From assembly GCA_965198065.1 (NCBI GenBank), contig CBDAON010000004.1, forward strand, positions 2,240,001-2,304,000: a DNA stretch of 64,000 nucleotides, given 5' to 3'. Made by a program: the position numbers and the translations under genes. Position 1 is the stretch's first letter, and each line of letters starts with the position of its first letter. Below are positions 31,239 to 42,645 of this stretch, piece by piece. The notes under the pieces were generated by a model that made no database searches, had not been told where the DNA came from, and saw only the letters and a list, made by a program, of their open reading frames with translations. The stretch comes from Longimicrobiales bacterium. Lineage in GTDB: Bacteria > Gemmatimonadota > Gemmatimonadetes > Longimicrobiales > Gaopeijiaceae.

Positions 31239-32467
31239 TCAACGCCCGCCGAACGACAGACCCACCTGGGCGATCGCTCCGTCCTCGAGGGATCCGCGCT
31301 CGAGCGAGAGCCCCCCGCCGAACTGGAATCCGCGCGTCACGACGGCGGCTCCTCCCCTGAGGTGCAGGATCCGGAGCCCGCGGTATTCCGCCCCGACCCC
31401 GGCATGGAGCTTGGGGCCCACGTTCAGGCCACCCGAAGCGGTTCTTCACGTCCGCGGACACCGTTAAGTCCTGTCCTACGTCATAGGCTACGCCCACCGC
31501 GACAGTTGGCCTGAACTTCATCTCGGTCACGAGCGCCCGGACGCCGGCCGGTGCGGCCGATCCGGGCTGCGGATCGAAGTCGGTCTCGCTCGACCCTTCT
31601 TCCAAAAGAGCCGTGCCCGGTAGGAAGACGAGCGTCTCCTGGTCCCACTCGAATGAGTTGAACACGTTCAGGCCGGCCACGCCGATCGCGAGCGGCCCGC
31701 GCCTCCACTGGACGCCGAGGTCCATCCCGAAGCCGCTTCCGTTGATCACCTCTTCATCGTCGAACCGCTGGTCGTCCGTGTGGAGAACGGGAAAGTCCGT
31801 CTCGACCCGGAGCGGGTCGCTTCTGGACCACCCCCCCGGACTCTTCCGCCACGGCCACGAAATGACCGACCGAGTACTTGAACGTCGCGCCGATCGCCAT
31901 GTCCGCGTCGAACGCCGGGAGGGGGACTGCCAGGCTCGCCGCCCCGGTCGTCGTGGCGAAGCTCTCCCCTCGGGATCCACCGAGGGAGAGATCCGTCGGG
32001 GTTCCCGTCCGGCCCGCATTTCCGTAGAGGACCGCCTTAACCACGTCCGGGGAGAGGTTGAGGGAGGCCGAAACCAGCGTCGTGACCTGGAAGCCCAGGT
32101 TCCAGAACGTGAGCGCGAGCTCATTCAGCTCGATGCCGAGCGCTCCGCTCTCGCCCCCGGAGGCCTGGACCTGAGCCAGCCACTCGTCTTTGGTCGCGGG
32201 CGGAACGAGCCGACCCTCGAAGTCCACCAGGTCGGCCAGCGTGATGGGGCCGAGCCCGGAGCGAACCCGAACGGGGAGGAGGGCGAACGAGAACCCGGAG
32301 CCGGGCATGGCCAACCCCGCTGGGTTGGCGCTGATCGCGGCCAGCTCCTGGGCGTGCGCGGTGACGTTCCCGCCGACCCCGAAGGCTGCTGTGGACGGGT
32401 TCCCGAGCTGGGCGGAGGCGGCCACGGGGACGAGGAGGCCTATGCTGGCGAAGGCGGCGGTTCTCAT
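31239..32467 (-). pseudogene. outer-membrane beta-barrel protein (TraF/DUF5723-like), several frameshifts
   Basis: Signal peptide ending AASAQ, SANPAGL, GSGFGMDLGV, LRGGAA and a terminal VGLSF strand; pieces lie in three ORF segments. Confidence 0.6.
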
Positions 32468-33506
32468 CCGACGCGGAGCGTGAGGTCGAGACGCGCATCC
32501 AGGATCATCACGTCGGTTGGCTCGATCCTGACGGTGCCTCCCGGGGCCGACGCCGTTCCGGAGCCGGACAGCGTTACGTTCGGCTTCCCAATGAAGGAGC
32601 GGATCTCGTCCCCGGTGTACTCGAGGGTCACGGACGAGCTCTCCGCCGCAGGAATCTCGAGCGTGCGGCGGAGGACTCCTCCGGGGTGGTTGATGTCGAG
32701 CACGGCGGTCACGGACACCCCGAACGGGTTTTGGATCATGAGGTCGATGGCCCCCCGCTCGACGTTGTCCGTCACGTTCTCGTCCAGATCCTCGAGCTCG
32801 AGTTCCACGGGCTCGAAGTCGACGATCCGGTTCGCCACGGCCACCGTAGCGGAGGAGACCAGGATTCCAGTGGGCGTGGCCGTGGCCGTGAGGCGGGCGC
32901 CCGTGTCGATCCGGGTCGTCTGGCCGCCGACCGAAACCACGTCGACCCGGGCCGTGATGTTGCCGTTCACGGTCGCGGGTGCGAGCACGAGCGTTTTCGA
33001 CACCGTGGCCCCGCCCGGAATGGCTTCGGTGGCCCCGTTCCAGGAGACCTGTCCGATCTCGGCGCCACCCGTCCCGTCCATCACCGAGATCGTGACGGAG
33101 CCCCCGCCCGCGATGGGATCGAAGCTGAAGCCGTTCTGGATTATGATCTGAACTTGACCCGAGGCGAGCTCGACCTGGTCCACATCGGCCGGCAAAGCCC
33201 CGTCCACGCTGAAATTGTTGCTGAAGTCCGGGACCGACGCGATTGAGCCGTTCAGGAGCGCGCACGCCGAGCAGTATTCACCCAGGGACTGGTCTGTCTC
33301 GAACGGGTCCATCGAGACGGCGAAGCTGGTGCCCTCACGGTCACGCCCGTGGGGAGGAGCTCGGCCACGTCAACCGTGGTCTCGTCCCCGGGGATGATCC
33401 AACGCTGCTCCACTACGGGAGCGGAGGTCGGGAGCGCCAGGTCGCACGCCGCGACGAGGGAAGCACCTGCCGCCAGGGCCATGAATCGCGGGAGGACGCC
33501 TCTCAT
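32464..33506 (-). pseudogene. beta-rich lipoprotein, frameshift near 33335
   Basis: Lipobox VAAC in the 33252-33557 ORF continues into the 32464-33312 ORF; translationally coupled to the barrel gene. Confidence 0.55.
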
Positions 33507-33729
33507 GCGGGCGGGATCCGTCCTGGGAGGGGGTCGGGGTGCAGCGACGGCGCACATCCTATCCGTGAGGACGGATCAGTGTCAACCCGGGGATTCGCGG
33601 AGGGCGACCGTTGCCCCGGAAACCCCCCGTGTCAGCCTGATACAAGGCGCCCCGCGTTGCGCGGGATCCGCCCGCGCGCGAAGATCGGTGCGCCCATTAC
33701 GTCCACCCCCTGCCCGGTCTTAAGGGCCC

Positions 33730-35076
33730 ATGCGCATCGCCGTCATCGGAACCGGATACGTCGGCCTCGTCATGGGCGCCGGCCTCGCGCACTCGGGGCA
33801 CGACGTCCAGTGCGCCGACATCGACGAGGGGAAAGTCGTTCGCCTGAAGCGAGGCGAAATTCCGATCTACGAACCCGGCCTAGAGCCGCTCGTGAAGGAG
33901 AACCTGGCCGAGGGGCGCCTCACGTTCACAACCGACGTTCCCTCAGCCGTGCGGGTGTCGGACATCGTCTTCATCGCGGTGGGAACGCCGCCAGGCGAGG
34001 ACGGCTCGGCCGATCTTCAGCACGTGCTCGCCGCCGCGGAGACCATCGGGCGCGCGATGGAGAGGGAGACGATCGTCGTGACCAAGAGCACGGTCCCGGT
34101 CGGGACCGCGCGTCGGGTGCGGGAGGCGATCGAGGCCGTCACGGATCACCCGGTCCACGTGTGCTCGAATCCGGAGTTCCTGAAGGAGGGGGCGGCGATC
34201 GAGGACTTCATGAAGCCGGACCGGGTGGTGATCGGTGTGGACAGCGAGCACGCCGCCCGCGTCCTCACCGACCTCTTCGCGCCGTTCGTTCGCACCGGGA
34301 ACGACATCCTGGTCATGGACATCGCGTCGGCCGAGATCACCAAGTATGCGGCCAATGCGATGCTCGCGACCCGGATCTCGTTCATGAACCTCGTCGCGCG
34401 CCTTTGCGAGGCGGCTGGGGCCGACGTGGACCTGGTGCGGCCGGGAATCGGGTCAGACTCGAGGATCGGAGGCACCTTCCTCTTCCCCGGCGTGGGGTAC
34501 GGCGGGTCCTGCTTCCCGAAGGACGTGAGGGCCCTGATCAAGACGAGCCGGGACCTGGGAGTCTCGCCGTCCATCTTCGAGGCCGTGGAGGAGGTGAACG
34601 AAATCCAGAAGCGCTTCATTCTCGACCGAGTCGTCGAGCGATTCGGCGAGGATTTGAGCGGGTGGACCTTCGCCGTGTGGGGCCTCTCGTTCAAGCCGAA
34701 CACGGACGACATGCGGGAGGCCCCGAGCCTGGTGACGATCGACGGGCTCCTCCGGCGCGGAGGCAGGGTGGTGGCCCACGACCCGGCTGCCACGGACGAG
34801 GCGCGAAGGATTCTGGGAGACCGGATCGAGTACGCCAGAGTGAACTACGACGCGCTGAGCGGCGCTTCCGCCCTCCTGATCCACACGGAGTGGCACCCGT
34901 ATCGGCGTCCGGACTTCGCGCGGATTGCCGCCGCCCTCAGGGAGAAGGTGATCGTGGACGGGCGGAACCTCTACCGGCCCGAGGCCATGCGGGCGCTGGG
35001 CTTCGAGTACGTGTCGGTGGGGAGACCGAGGGTGCCGACCGACCACAAGAACCCAGCCACCGTCGACCGGTCTTGA
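33730..35076 (+). CDS. ugd: UDP-glucose 6-dehydrogenase
   Basis: GTGYVG, TKSTVP, SNPEFLKEG, KYAANA, GYGGSCFPKD, FKPNTDDMRE. Confidence 0.95.
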   Translation: MRIAVIGTGYVGLVMGAGLAHSGHDVQCADIDEGKVVRLKRGEIPIYEPGLEPLVKENLAEGRLTFTTDVPSAVRVSDIVFIAVGTPPGEDGSADLQHVLAAAETIGRAMERETIVVTKSTVPVGTARRVREAIEAVTDHPVHVCSNPEFLKEGAAIEDFMKPDRVVIGVDSEHAARVLTDLFAPFVRTGNDILVMDIASAEITKYAANAMLATRISFMNLVARLCEAAGADVDLVRPGIGSDSRIGGTFLFPGVGYGGSCFPKDVRALIKTSRDLGVSPSIFEAVEEVNEIQKRFILDRVVERFGEDLSGWTFAVWGLSFKPNTDDMREAPSLVTIDGLLRRGGRVVAHDPAATDEARRILGDRIEYARVNYDALSGASALLIHTEWHPYRRPDFARIAAALREKVIVDGRNLYRPEAMRALGFEYVSVGRPRVPTDHKNPATVDRS

Positions 35077-35115
35077 CGCCGCTCATCGAATCATGACGGC
35101 GATCGCCGATCCGGC

Positions 35116-35918
35116 ATGTCCGTCCTCCTGACCGGCGCCGCCGGCTTCATCGGCTCCCACGTGGCCGACCGCCTCCTCGAGAATGGGGAGGAGGTGGTGG
35201 CGCTCGACCTGTTCGACGACTTCTACTCGCCCCGCCTGAAGGAGGAGAACCTCCGGCAGGCGCGGGACCACGACGCGTTCGCGCTGGTCCGCGGCGACGT
35301 GAGGGACGGCGAGCTCCTCCGATCCCTGCCGGGCTCGATCGACGCAATCGTCCACCTGGCGGCCCGGGCGGGGGTGCGCCCCTCGATCGAGCGGCCTCTC
35401 CTGTACACGGACGTGAACGTCCGCGGGACGGCCGAGCTTCTGGCCTTCGCGAAGGACCGCGAGATCCGACCGTTCGTGTTCGCGTCCTCCTCCTCGGTCT
35501 ACGGGAACAACGAGAAGGTCCCGTTCTCGGAGACCGATCCCGTGGACCGGCCGATCTCGCCGTACGCGGTCACCAAGAGGGCGGGAGAGCTCCTCTGTCA
35601 CACAGCGAGCCATCTGGACGGGCTCTCGGTGAGCCTCTTCACCGTCTACGGGCCCAGGAGCGTCCCCTCGCAATCCGGAAGTTCTCTCGGCTCCTCCTTG
35701 CGGGCGACCGCTGCCGCGGTTCGGAGACGGAACGACGGCCCGGGATACACGTTCTGCGAGGACATCCTACAGGGGATGGGGGCCGCGCTCGCGTGGGCCG
35801 GGGCGTGGGCGGGTGCGGCACCGCCGCGTCAGGGACGGGCGCAGCTCCCGGACGGCCGAGAGCCCGGACGGCTCGGGCCGCTACGAGATCGTGAACCTGG
35901 GGGAGTCCCGCACGATCA
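35116..35918 (+). pseudogene. UDP-glucuronate 4-epimerase-like SDR, degraded and truncated
   Basis: TGAAGFIG, HLAARAGVRPS, ASSSSVYG, PISPYAVTK; garbled after ~35635 with the C-terminus missing. Confidence 0.75.
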
Positions 35919-36161
35919 CCTCTCCTGTACACGGACGTGAACGTCCGCGGGACGGCCGAGCTTCTGGCCTTCGCGAAGGACCGCGAGATCCGACCGTTCG
36001 TGTTCGCGTCCTCCTCCTCGGTCTACGGGAACAACGAGAAGGTCCCGTTCCGCGTCGGAGACCGATCCCGTGGACCGGCCGATCTCGCCGTACGCGGTCA
36101 CCAAGAGGGCGGGAGAGCTCCTCTGTCACACAGCGAGCCATCTGGACGGGCTCTCGGTGAG
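35919..36161 (+). repeat. ~240-bp direct duplication of 35395-35633
   Basis: Near-identical CCTCTCCTGTACACGG...GGCTCTCGGTGAG with a 4-nt insertion at ~36050. Confidence 0.9.
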
Positions 36162-36769
36162 AGGTAGTAGAGCCCCGGCGAGGGATAGATCGCCTCGAGG
36201 GTGAGGCGCACCGGGTTCAAGGGCGCGGTGCCCTCGAGGACGTAGTTGTGGAAGAGCGCTCCGTCCTCGAACGCGCAGTCGCCCACACGGAGGCTCCCGG
36301 CCTCTGGGACATCCAGCTCGAGCAGGCGGAGGACGCACCAGAGCTGCATGTCCACGGAGGCGGAGGCTCCGCCCGAAGCCCGGAACTCGAGACGGATTTC
36401 CCCAGCGGCGCCGTTCAGAGCGCCCAGAGTGAGCCCGGCGAAGGCTGCCGTTCCGTCCGCGTTGGTGGAAGCCGCGCCGCCGCTCAGGACGATTCCGTTC
36501 CCCACGGTGACCGCCGCGCTCACCGCGGTCCCGACGGCTACCGGGTTTCCGCCTTCGTCGGTGACTCGGACGACCGGCTGCCGTATGAAAGCTGCGGCCA
36601 CCTCGACAATCGGGTCCGGCGCCGTGAGGATCGTGACCGTCGCCGCGCGGGTGTCCGCGCTCCCGCGGCCGTCCGGGTCGGTCGAGCTGCCACTCGAGCA
36701 GCCCGCCACCGTGAGGACGAACAGCGAGACGAAACCAAGCCTCGGCAGGAAGGCGGCCCTCCCCGGCAT
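36162..36769 (-). pseudogene. lipoprotein with Ig-like domain, 3'-truncated at the duplication junction
   Basis: Lipobox VAGC, QPVVRVTDEGGNPV, TNADGTAAFAGL; the frame runs into the duplicated segment. Confidence 0.6.
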
Positions 36770-37058
36770 GAGCGGCTCCTGAACGAGGTGGGTACCGAAC
36801 GGCGGTGCTACGGACGCCACGAAGCCCGAAGCTAGAGGACGCCGACGGGCGCGGGCAAGCGGAGGCGCCCGAGACACGAGGCGTCCTGTGATACAGGCCC
36901 TGGGGCGACAGCAGGCGCCCGTGCCACCTCGCTCGTGACTCCTTGATGGTGGTCGGCCCGCCCCCCACCTTCCGGGGTCCCGTGCTACCCGGTCGCGCCC
37001 TCTGGTTCCCCGCGCAACCGGTCGATCCTCGGCCCCGATCCACGCGGATGCCAGTCCC

Positions 37059-38021
37059 ATGCGAATCGTCCTGACCGGAGCGGCGGGTTTTCTCGGGAGA
37101 CACCTGGTGGCCCGGTTCCTGGACGAGGGTTTCGAGGTCGTCGGGGTGGACAACCTGATCACGGGTTCATCGGATGACGTGGCCCGCCTAGAGGAGCGGG
37201 ACGGGTTCTCCTTTCTTCGGCACGACGTCTCGACGCCTCTCTATGTGGAGGGGACCGTGGACGGGGTCCTCCACTTTGCGTCTGCCGCGAGCCCGGTGGA
37301 TTACCTGGAGCTGCCCATCCAGACTTTGAAGGTGGGGAGCCTCGGAACCCACAACACGCTAGGGCTCGCAAAGGCAAAGGGAGCGCGCTTCCTCCTCGCC
37401 TCGACCTCCGAGGTGTACGGGGACCCCGAAGTCCACCCGCAGCGCGAGAACTACTGGGGCCACGTGAACCCCATCGGACCGAGGGGCGTCTACGACGAGG
37501 CCAAGCGCTTTGCGGAGGCGCTCTCGATGGCCTATCACCGGGTCCACGACGTGCCGGTCCGGATTGCCCGGATCTTCAACACGTTCGGGCCCGGCATGCG
37601 GCCCGGCGACGGCCGAGTGGTCTCGAACTTCATCGTGCAGGCGATCCGGGGGGAGCCGCTCACGGTGTACGGGAGTGGTGATCAGACGCGCTCGTTTTGC
37701 TTCGTGGACGACCTGATCGAGGGGATCTTCCGGCTATACAGCTCGGACTATGCGGGCCCCGTGAACCTCGGAAACCCTCACGAGTTCTCGGTCCTCCAGC
37801 TGACGCGGATCGTGCTGGACGAGGTCGGGAGCCCGTCCGAAATCGTCCATCGTCCTCTCCCAACCGACGACCCCAAGGTCCGCCGGCCCGACATTGCGCT
37901 CGCGAAGCGGCTCCTCGGGTGGGAGCCCAAAGTCGAGCTCGAGGAGGGGATCCGGCGTACCGTCCCGTACTTCCGCGAGCGGGTCGAGAAGGCGGACGCG
38001 AGGTCGAGGTCCTTGACCTGA
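37059..38021 (+). CDS. UDP-glucuronate decarboxylase (UDP-xylose synthase) family
   Basis: [55 protein letters not shown]. Confidence 0.9.
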   Translation: MRIVLTGAAGFLGRHLVARFLDEGFEVVGVDNLITGSSDDVARLEERDGFSFLRHDVSTPLYVEGTVDGVLHFASAASPVDYLELPIQTLKVGSLGTHNTLGLAKAKGARFLLASTSEVYGDPEVHPQRENYWGHVNPIGPRGVYDEAKRFAEALSMAYHRVHDVPVRIARIFNTFGPGMRPGDGRVVSNFIVQAIRGEPLTVYGSGDQTRSFCFVDDLIEGIFRLYSSDYAGPVNLGNPHEFSVLQLTRIVLDEVGSPSEIVHRPLPTDDPKVRRPDIALAKRLLGWEPKVELEEGIRRTVPYFRERVEKADARSRSLT

Positions 38022-38034
38022 CCGACGAGGCAAC

Positions 38035-38822
38035 GTGTACGCGATCAAGGAAATCCTGGGAACCTTGCTGTCGCCCCTCGTGGTCGCGGGGCTGGTGGGC
38101 GTCGGAGCCCTCGTGATGTTCGTGCGTGCCCGCACGAGGCGGTTCGCGGTCGCGATCCTCGTCCTCCTGGTCCTGGTCGGCTATCTCCTCGGCACGACCC
38201 CTGTGGCGAACCTGATTATCCGACCCCTGGAGGCCGGCTATGTCGGCGTCGAGGACCCCGGCGCCGTCGCGGACTCGCTGGGGACGGAGATCCGTTGGGT
38301 CGTCGTGCTCGGGGCGGGGCACGTTTCCGACCCGCGCGCGGCGCTTCCGGCACGGCTCACCGGCGAGGGCCTCTACCGGCTCGCCGAGGGGATCCGGATC
38401 TGGCGATCCCTTCCGGGCGCTCGGCTCCACGTGTCGGGATGGGCCGGGGCCGACACGGCTTCCTGGGCGGGGGTGGCTGCGGATGCGGCGCGCTCTCTGG
38501 GCGTACCCGCCGAGGCGCTGGCTCTGGCTCCGGGACCCCGCGACACTCAGGAAGAAGCTAGAGCCGCCGCGGCGCGGATCCCTGCAGGGGAGCCGTTCTT
38601 CCTGGTGACCGGCGCCGCGCACCTGGACCGCGCGATGCTCTTCTTCGAGGCCGAGCGCCTGCGCCCGATCCCCGCCCCCGCCTACTTCTATTCTCTGGGT
38701 GCCCCGGGCCTGGGGTTCCGTGACTTCCTCCCCTTCCGGCGAACTACCTGAAGGTGGACCGCGCCGTCCACGAGTACCTGGGGATCCTGTGGGCGCGGCT
38801 CATCGTGAGGGGAGGGGAGTGA
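38035..38822 (+). CDS. ElyC/YdcF (DUF218) envelope biogenesis protein, frameshift near 38740
   Basis: VVLGAG, RLAEG, VSG, DTQEEA, LVTGAAHLDRA; the C-terminal VHEYLGILW lies in a shifted frame. Confidence 0.75.
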
Positions 38823-39772
38823 CGGCGCTCGACGCCCCCGTCCTGGTGACGGGCGGGGCGGGGTTCATCGGCCATCACATCGTTCGGCGGCTCCTCCAGG
38901 GTGGCCGGACCGTTCGGGTCGTGGACGACCTTTCGACCGGAGACCGGGCGCGGCTCGCCCCCTTCCTCGACCAGATCGAGTTCGTCGAGGGCTCGATCGC
39001 CGAGCCGGATGTCTCCGCGGAGGTCTGCCGCGGCGTCGGTACGATCTTCCACCAGGCTGCGATCCCTTCCGTGACCCGGAGCGTAGCCGATCCCGTGGGC
39101 ACGCATCGCGCCAACGTGACGGGCACGCTCGTCCTCCTCGAGGAGGCGAGAAAGGCTGGGGTTGGCCGCGTCGTCTACGCGGGGTCGAGCTCTGCGTACG
39201 GGGACACGCCCGAGCTTCCCAAGCGGGAGAGCCAGATGCCCGAGCCGCTCTCGCCTTACGCCGTGAGCAAGCTCGCGGGAGAGCAGTACTGCAGGGTGTA
39301 CGCCCGCCTCCACGAGCTGGAGACGGTGGTGCTCCGATACTTCAATGTCTTCGGCCCGTCCCAGGATCCGGCCTCCCTCTACGCCGCGGCGGTTCCCACG
39401 TTCATCACGAGGGCTCTTGCCAACGAGGCGCCCACGATCCATGGAGACGGCGAGCAGACACGGGATTTCACGTACGTGGACAACGTCGTGGAGGCGAACC
39501 TGCTCGCGGCCGAGGCCCCGGCCGGGAACGTGTCGGGGCGGGTGTTCAACGTGGGGTGCGGGGATCGGATCTCGGTGAACACGCTCTGGAGGGAGATCCG
39601 CTCCCTGACGGGCGCCACCGTCGAGGCCCGCCACGGCCCGCCCCGACCGGGCGACGTCCGCGACTCGCTCGCGGATCTCGGAGCCGCTCGGGAGGCGCTG
39701 GGCTACCGGGGCGATGTGACCCTCGAGGAGGGGTTACGAAGGACGGTGGAATGGTTCCGAGGCGCTCGGTGA
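38819..39772 (+). CDS. NAD-dependent sugar epimerase (WbpP-like SDR)
   Basis: TGGAGFIG, HQAAIPSV, SSSAYGD, PLSPYAVSK, RYFNVFGP, RPGDVRDS. Confidence 0.88.
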   Translation: MTALDAPVLVTGGAGFIGHHIVRRLLQGGRTVRVVDDLSTGDRARLAPFLDQIEFVEGSIAEPDVSAEVCRGVGTIFHQAAIPSVTRSVADPVGTHRANVTGTLVLLEEARKAGVGRVVYAGSSSAYGDTPELPKRESQMPEPLSPYAVSKLAGEQYCRVYARLHELETVVLRYFNVFGPSQDPASLYAAAVPTFITRALANEAPTIHGDGEQTRDFTYVDNVVEANLLAAEAPAGNVSGRVFNVGCGDRISVNTLWREIRSLTGATVEARHGPPRPGDVRDSLADLGAAREALGYRGDVTLEEGLRRTVEWFRGAR

Positions 39773-39837
39773 AGCCCCTCACCGAGCCCCGGCCGCTTCC
39801 CCGGACCTATCCGTGGGAAGTCGGTGTTACAGGGCGC

Positions 39838-40758
39838 ATGGAGGCTCGGATCCACTTCGCCGTCGTGTGTGCTCTTACCGTGCCGATCGTCCTCGCCGGC
39901 TGCACCGGTGGATCGGAGGCGGGCACCATGATCCGGGGCGACGAGGCGTTTGCACGAGGGGAGATTGCGGAGGCTCTCGCGGAGTATCGCCTGGCGCTCA
40001 GCCAAGGAGATCCCAGCGCCCCGATCCTCGCCCGGGCGGCGCACGCGTACACGGCGACCGGACGCATCTCGGAGGCGGTCGAGCACTACCGCGAGGCCGT
40101 CGCGCTCGACCCCGAGCTCGCCGACCTGGCGGCCTCGGACCTCCTCAAGTTCGCCCGGGAGGCCATCCGGGAGGGAGACGGGCTTCAGGCCACCGAGGCC
40201 GTTTCGGCTGCCATGGTGCTCCGGCGCGGCGTGGGCACGGAGGGGATCGCGCTCCCCCTGGCCCGGCACCTCGTCCGGACCGGCCGGCACGACCGGGCCC
40301 TCCCCTTCTTCGTGCAGGCGGCCCGGGAGACGAACGACAGCGCGGAGGTCCTGTACGAACAGGCGCTCGCGTATGACGAAGCGGGGCTCTGCGAGAACGC
40401 CCTCGTGCTGTTCGATCGAGCCTGGGGGCGCCTCACGGTCGCCCAGCGGGCGGACGCGGACTGGCGGACGGGAAGCTGCTCCATGCAGCTCGGAGCCCGA
40501 GTGCTCGAGGAGGGCGACCTGGAAGTCGCGCTCGGCTACTTCGATACCACCATCAAGCTCGGTGAGCCGCGCGGACAGATCCCGGATGCCTGGTTCCAGA
40601 GGGGCGAGATCCTGATCCTGAGGGAGGAGTGCACGGTGGCCCTCCAGGCCTTCGAGGAGGTCCTCCTGGCGGATCCCGCGCCCGGCCTCCGCGCCCGTGC
40701 CGAGGAACGAATCGAGGAGCTCCGCTTCCCCCAGCGTGGTGCGGACGGCCCCTGCTGA
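39838..40758 (+). CDS. TPR-repeat lipoprotein
   Basis: Lipobox LAGC followed by helical TPR-like repeats. Confidence 0.7.
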   Translation: MEARIHFAVVCALTVPIVLAGCTGGSEAGTMIRGDEAFARGEIAEALAEYRLALSQGDPSAPILARAAHAYTATGRISEAVEHYREAVALDPELADLAASDLLKFAREAIREGDGLQATEAVSAAMVLRRGVGTEGIALPLARHLVRTGRHDRALPFFVQAARETNDSAEVLYEQALAYDEAGLCENALVLFDRAWGRLTVAQRADADWRTGSCSMQLGARVLEEGDLEVALGYFDTTIKLGEPRGQIPDAWFQRGEILILREECTVALQAFEEVLLADPAPGLRARAEERIEELRFPQRGADGPC

Positions 40759-41889
40759 ATGCTCGTCCCCTTTCTGGACCTGAAGCCCCAGTACGAGCGG
40801 ATCCGGGACGAAGTGAGCCGCGCGGTCGCTCGGGTCGTGGACCGGCAGGGATTCATCCTGGGCCCCGAGGTCGAGGGGCTCGAGCGGGAGCTCGCCGCTT
40901 ACCTGAACGTTCCTCACGCGGTCGGCTGCGCCTCGGGCACGGACGCGCTTCTTCTGCCGCTCCGCGCGCTGGGTCCAAGACCGGGAGACGAGGCGATCCT
41001 CCCGGCCTTCACCTTCTTCGCCACGGCCGGCGCGGCCTGGAACGCGGGATTCCGCCCCGCTTTCGCGGACGTGGATCCGGTTACGTTCAATGTCACGGCG
41101 GAGAGCCTCGAGGCCGCCTGGACGGACCGCACGCGGGCCGTGATCCCCGTGCACCTCTTCGGCCAGATGGCCCCCATGGGGCCGATCGTCGAGCTCGCCC
41201 GCGAGAGGGGCGCGTTCGTGCTCGAAGACGCGGCCCAGGCCATCGGGGCCCGTCAGCGAGGCTCGGGGTCGACGGCCCGGGACGGCTGGGTGATGGCTGG
41301 CGCGGCCGGGGATGCGGGCGCGTTCTCGTTCTTCCCGTCCAAGAACCTGGGTGGGTTCGGGGACGGGGGTCTCGTGTCCACCGCCGATCCGGAGCTGGCC
41401 GATCGCGTGACTAAGCTCCGGGTGCACGGAGGTCGCCAGACGTACCACCACGAGATGGTGGGCACGAACTCGCGGCTGGATGCCCTCCAGGCGGGGGTTC
41501 TCCGAGCGAAGCTTCCCCACCTCTCAGCCTGGGCCGAGGGACGGAGGCGGAACGCCGCGCGGTACGCGGAAGGGCTCGGGGATCTGGACGAGGTCATCCT
41601 TCCGGGGACGGCCGAGGGGAACGACCACGTCTACAATCAGTACACCCTAAGGGTGAGGGCCCGAGACCGCCTCCGCGAGCGCCTCCAGGAACGAGGCATC
41701 GGCTCGGGCCTCTACTACCCGGTTCCTCTCCACCTCCAACCCTGCTTCCGGGAGCTGGGGGGGCGCCCGGGAGACCTGCTGGTCTCGGAGGGCCTTTGTG
41801 GGGAGGTCCTGTCCCTCCCCATCTTTCCCGAGTTGGGGGAGGAGAGGGTGCGCATGGTCGTGGACGCGATTCAGGAGTTCTACGCTTGA
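40759..41889 (+). CDS. DegT/DnrJ/EryC1/StrS PLP-dependent sugar aminotransferase
   Basis: SGTDAL, PVHLFGQ, EDAAQA, SFFPSKNLGGFGDGG, NSRLDALQA, LSLPIFP. Confidence 0.92.
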   Translation: MLVPFLDLKPQYERIRDEVSRAVARVVDRQGFILGPEVEGLERELAAYLNVPHAVGCASGTDALLLPLRALGPRPGDEAILPAFTFFATAGAAWNAGFRPAFADVDPVTFNVTAESLEAAWTDRTRAVIPVHLFGQMAPMGPIVELARERGAFVLEDAAQAIGARQRGSGSTARDGWVMAGAAGDAGAFSFFPSKNLGGFGDGGLVSTADPELADRVTKLRVHGGRQTYHHEMVGTNSRLDALQAGVLRAKLPHLSAWAEGRRRNAARYAEGLGDLDEVILPGTAEGNDHVYNQYTLRVRARDRLRERLQERGIGSGLYYPVPLHLQPCFRELGGRPGDLLVSEGLCGEVLSLPIFPELGEERVRMVVDAIQEFYA

Positions 41890-42632
41890 GGAAGGTCTCG
41901 CTCGTCGGGCTCGCGGCTCCGCTCCTCGCGCTCGCCTGCGCGTCCCAGGATCCCTTCGCGGGTTACGACGTAGACCAGCTGTGGGAGGTGGGCTCGGTCG
42001 CGTTCGAGGACGAGGACTGGGACGAGGCGATACTGGCCTTTCAGCGGCTGACCAGCCAGAGCCCCGGACATGTGCGGGCTCCGGAAGTGCGGATCCTTCT
42101 CGCCCGGGCGCATGAGGAGCGGGACGAGTTCCTCACGGCCGCCTCCGAGTATGAGCGCTTCCTCCAGCTCCACTACAACCACGAGCTGGCCCCGGAGGCT
42201 TCCCTAGGAATCTGTCAGGCGTACGCCGATCTCTCGCCCATCACGCAGCGGGACCAGGTTCCGACCCGGACGGCGAGGGACGCGTGTGCCCGCACCGTGG
42301 CGGAGTTCGGAGGGCTCACCGTGGCCGAGGAGGCCGCGGAGATCAGCGGGCGGATGGTCGACAAGCTAGCCCAGGCCGCTTTCGAGCACGCGGACTTCTA
42401 CCGGTGGCGAGGATGCCTGCCCTGCGCGGTCGGATACTTCGAGGAGGGCGTCGTCCTCCAGTACCCGACGACGGATTGGGCGCCCAGGGCCCTGCTCGCC
42501 ATGTACCGGGCGTATCAGGAGCTCGGGTGGGAGGAGGAGGCGGACGAGACCCGGGACCGGCTCCTCTTCAACTTTCCGGAGTCCCAGTGGGCGGCCGAGC
42601 TCGAGGCGGCGTCGGCGGACAACGGCGGATAG
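41886..42632 (+). CDS. bamD: outer membrane assembly lipoprotein BamD
   Basis: Lipobox ALAC, TPR fold, EYERFL, RDQ, KLA...FY and YPTT patterns; located before nadD-secA. Confidence 0.75.
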   Translation: MRKVSLVGLAAPLLALACASQDPFAGYDVDQLWEVGSVAFEDEDWDEAILAFQRLTSQSPGHVRAPEVRILLARAHEERDEFLTAASEYERFLQLHYNHELAPEASLGICQAYADLSPITQRDQVPTRTARDACARTVAEFGGLTVAEEAAEISGRMVDKLAQAAFEHADFYRWRGCLPCAVGYFEEGVVLQYPTTDWAPRALLAMYRAYQELGWEEEADETRDRLLFNFPESQWAAELEAASADNGG

Positions 42633-42645
42633 GAGTGGGGCCCCG

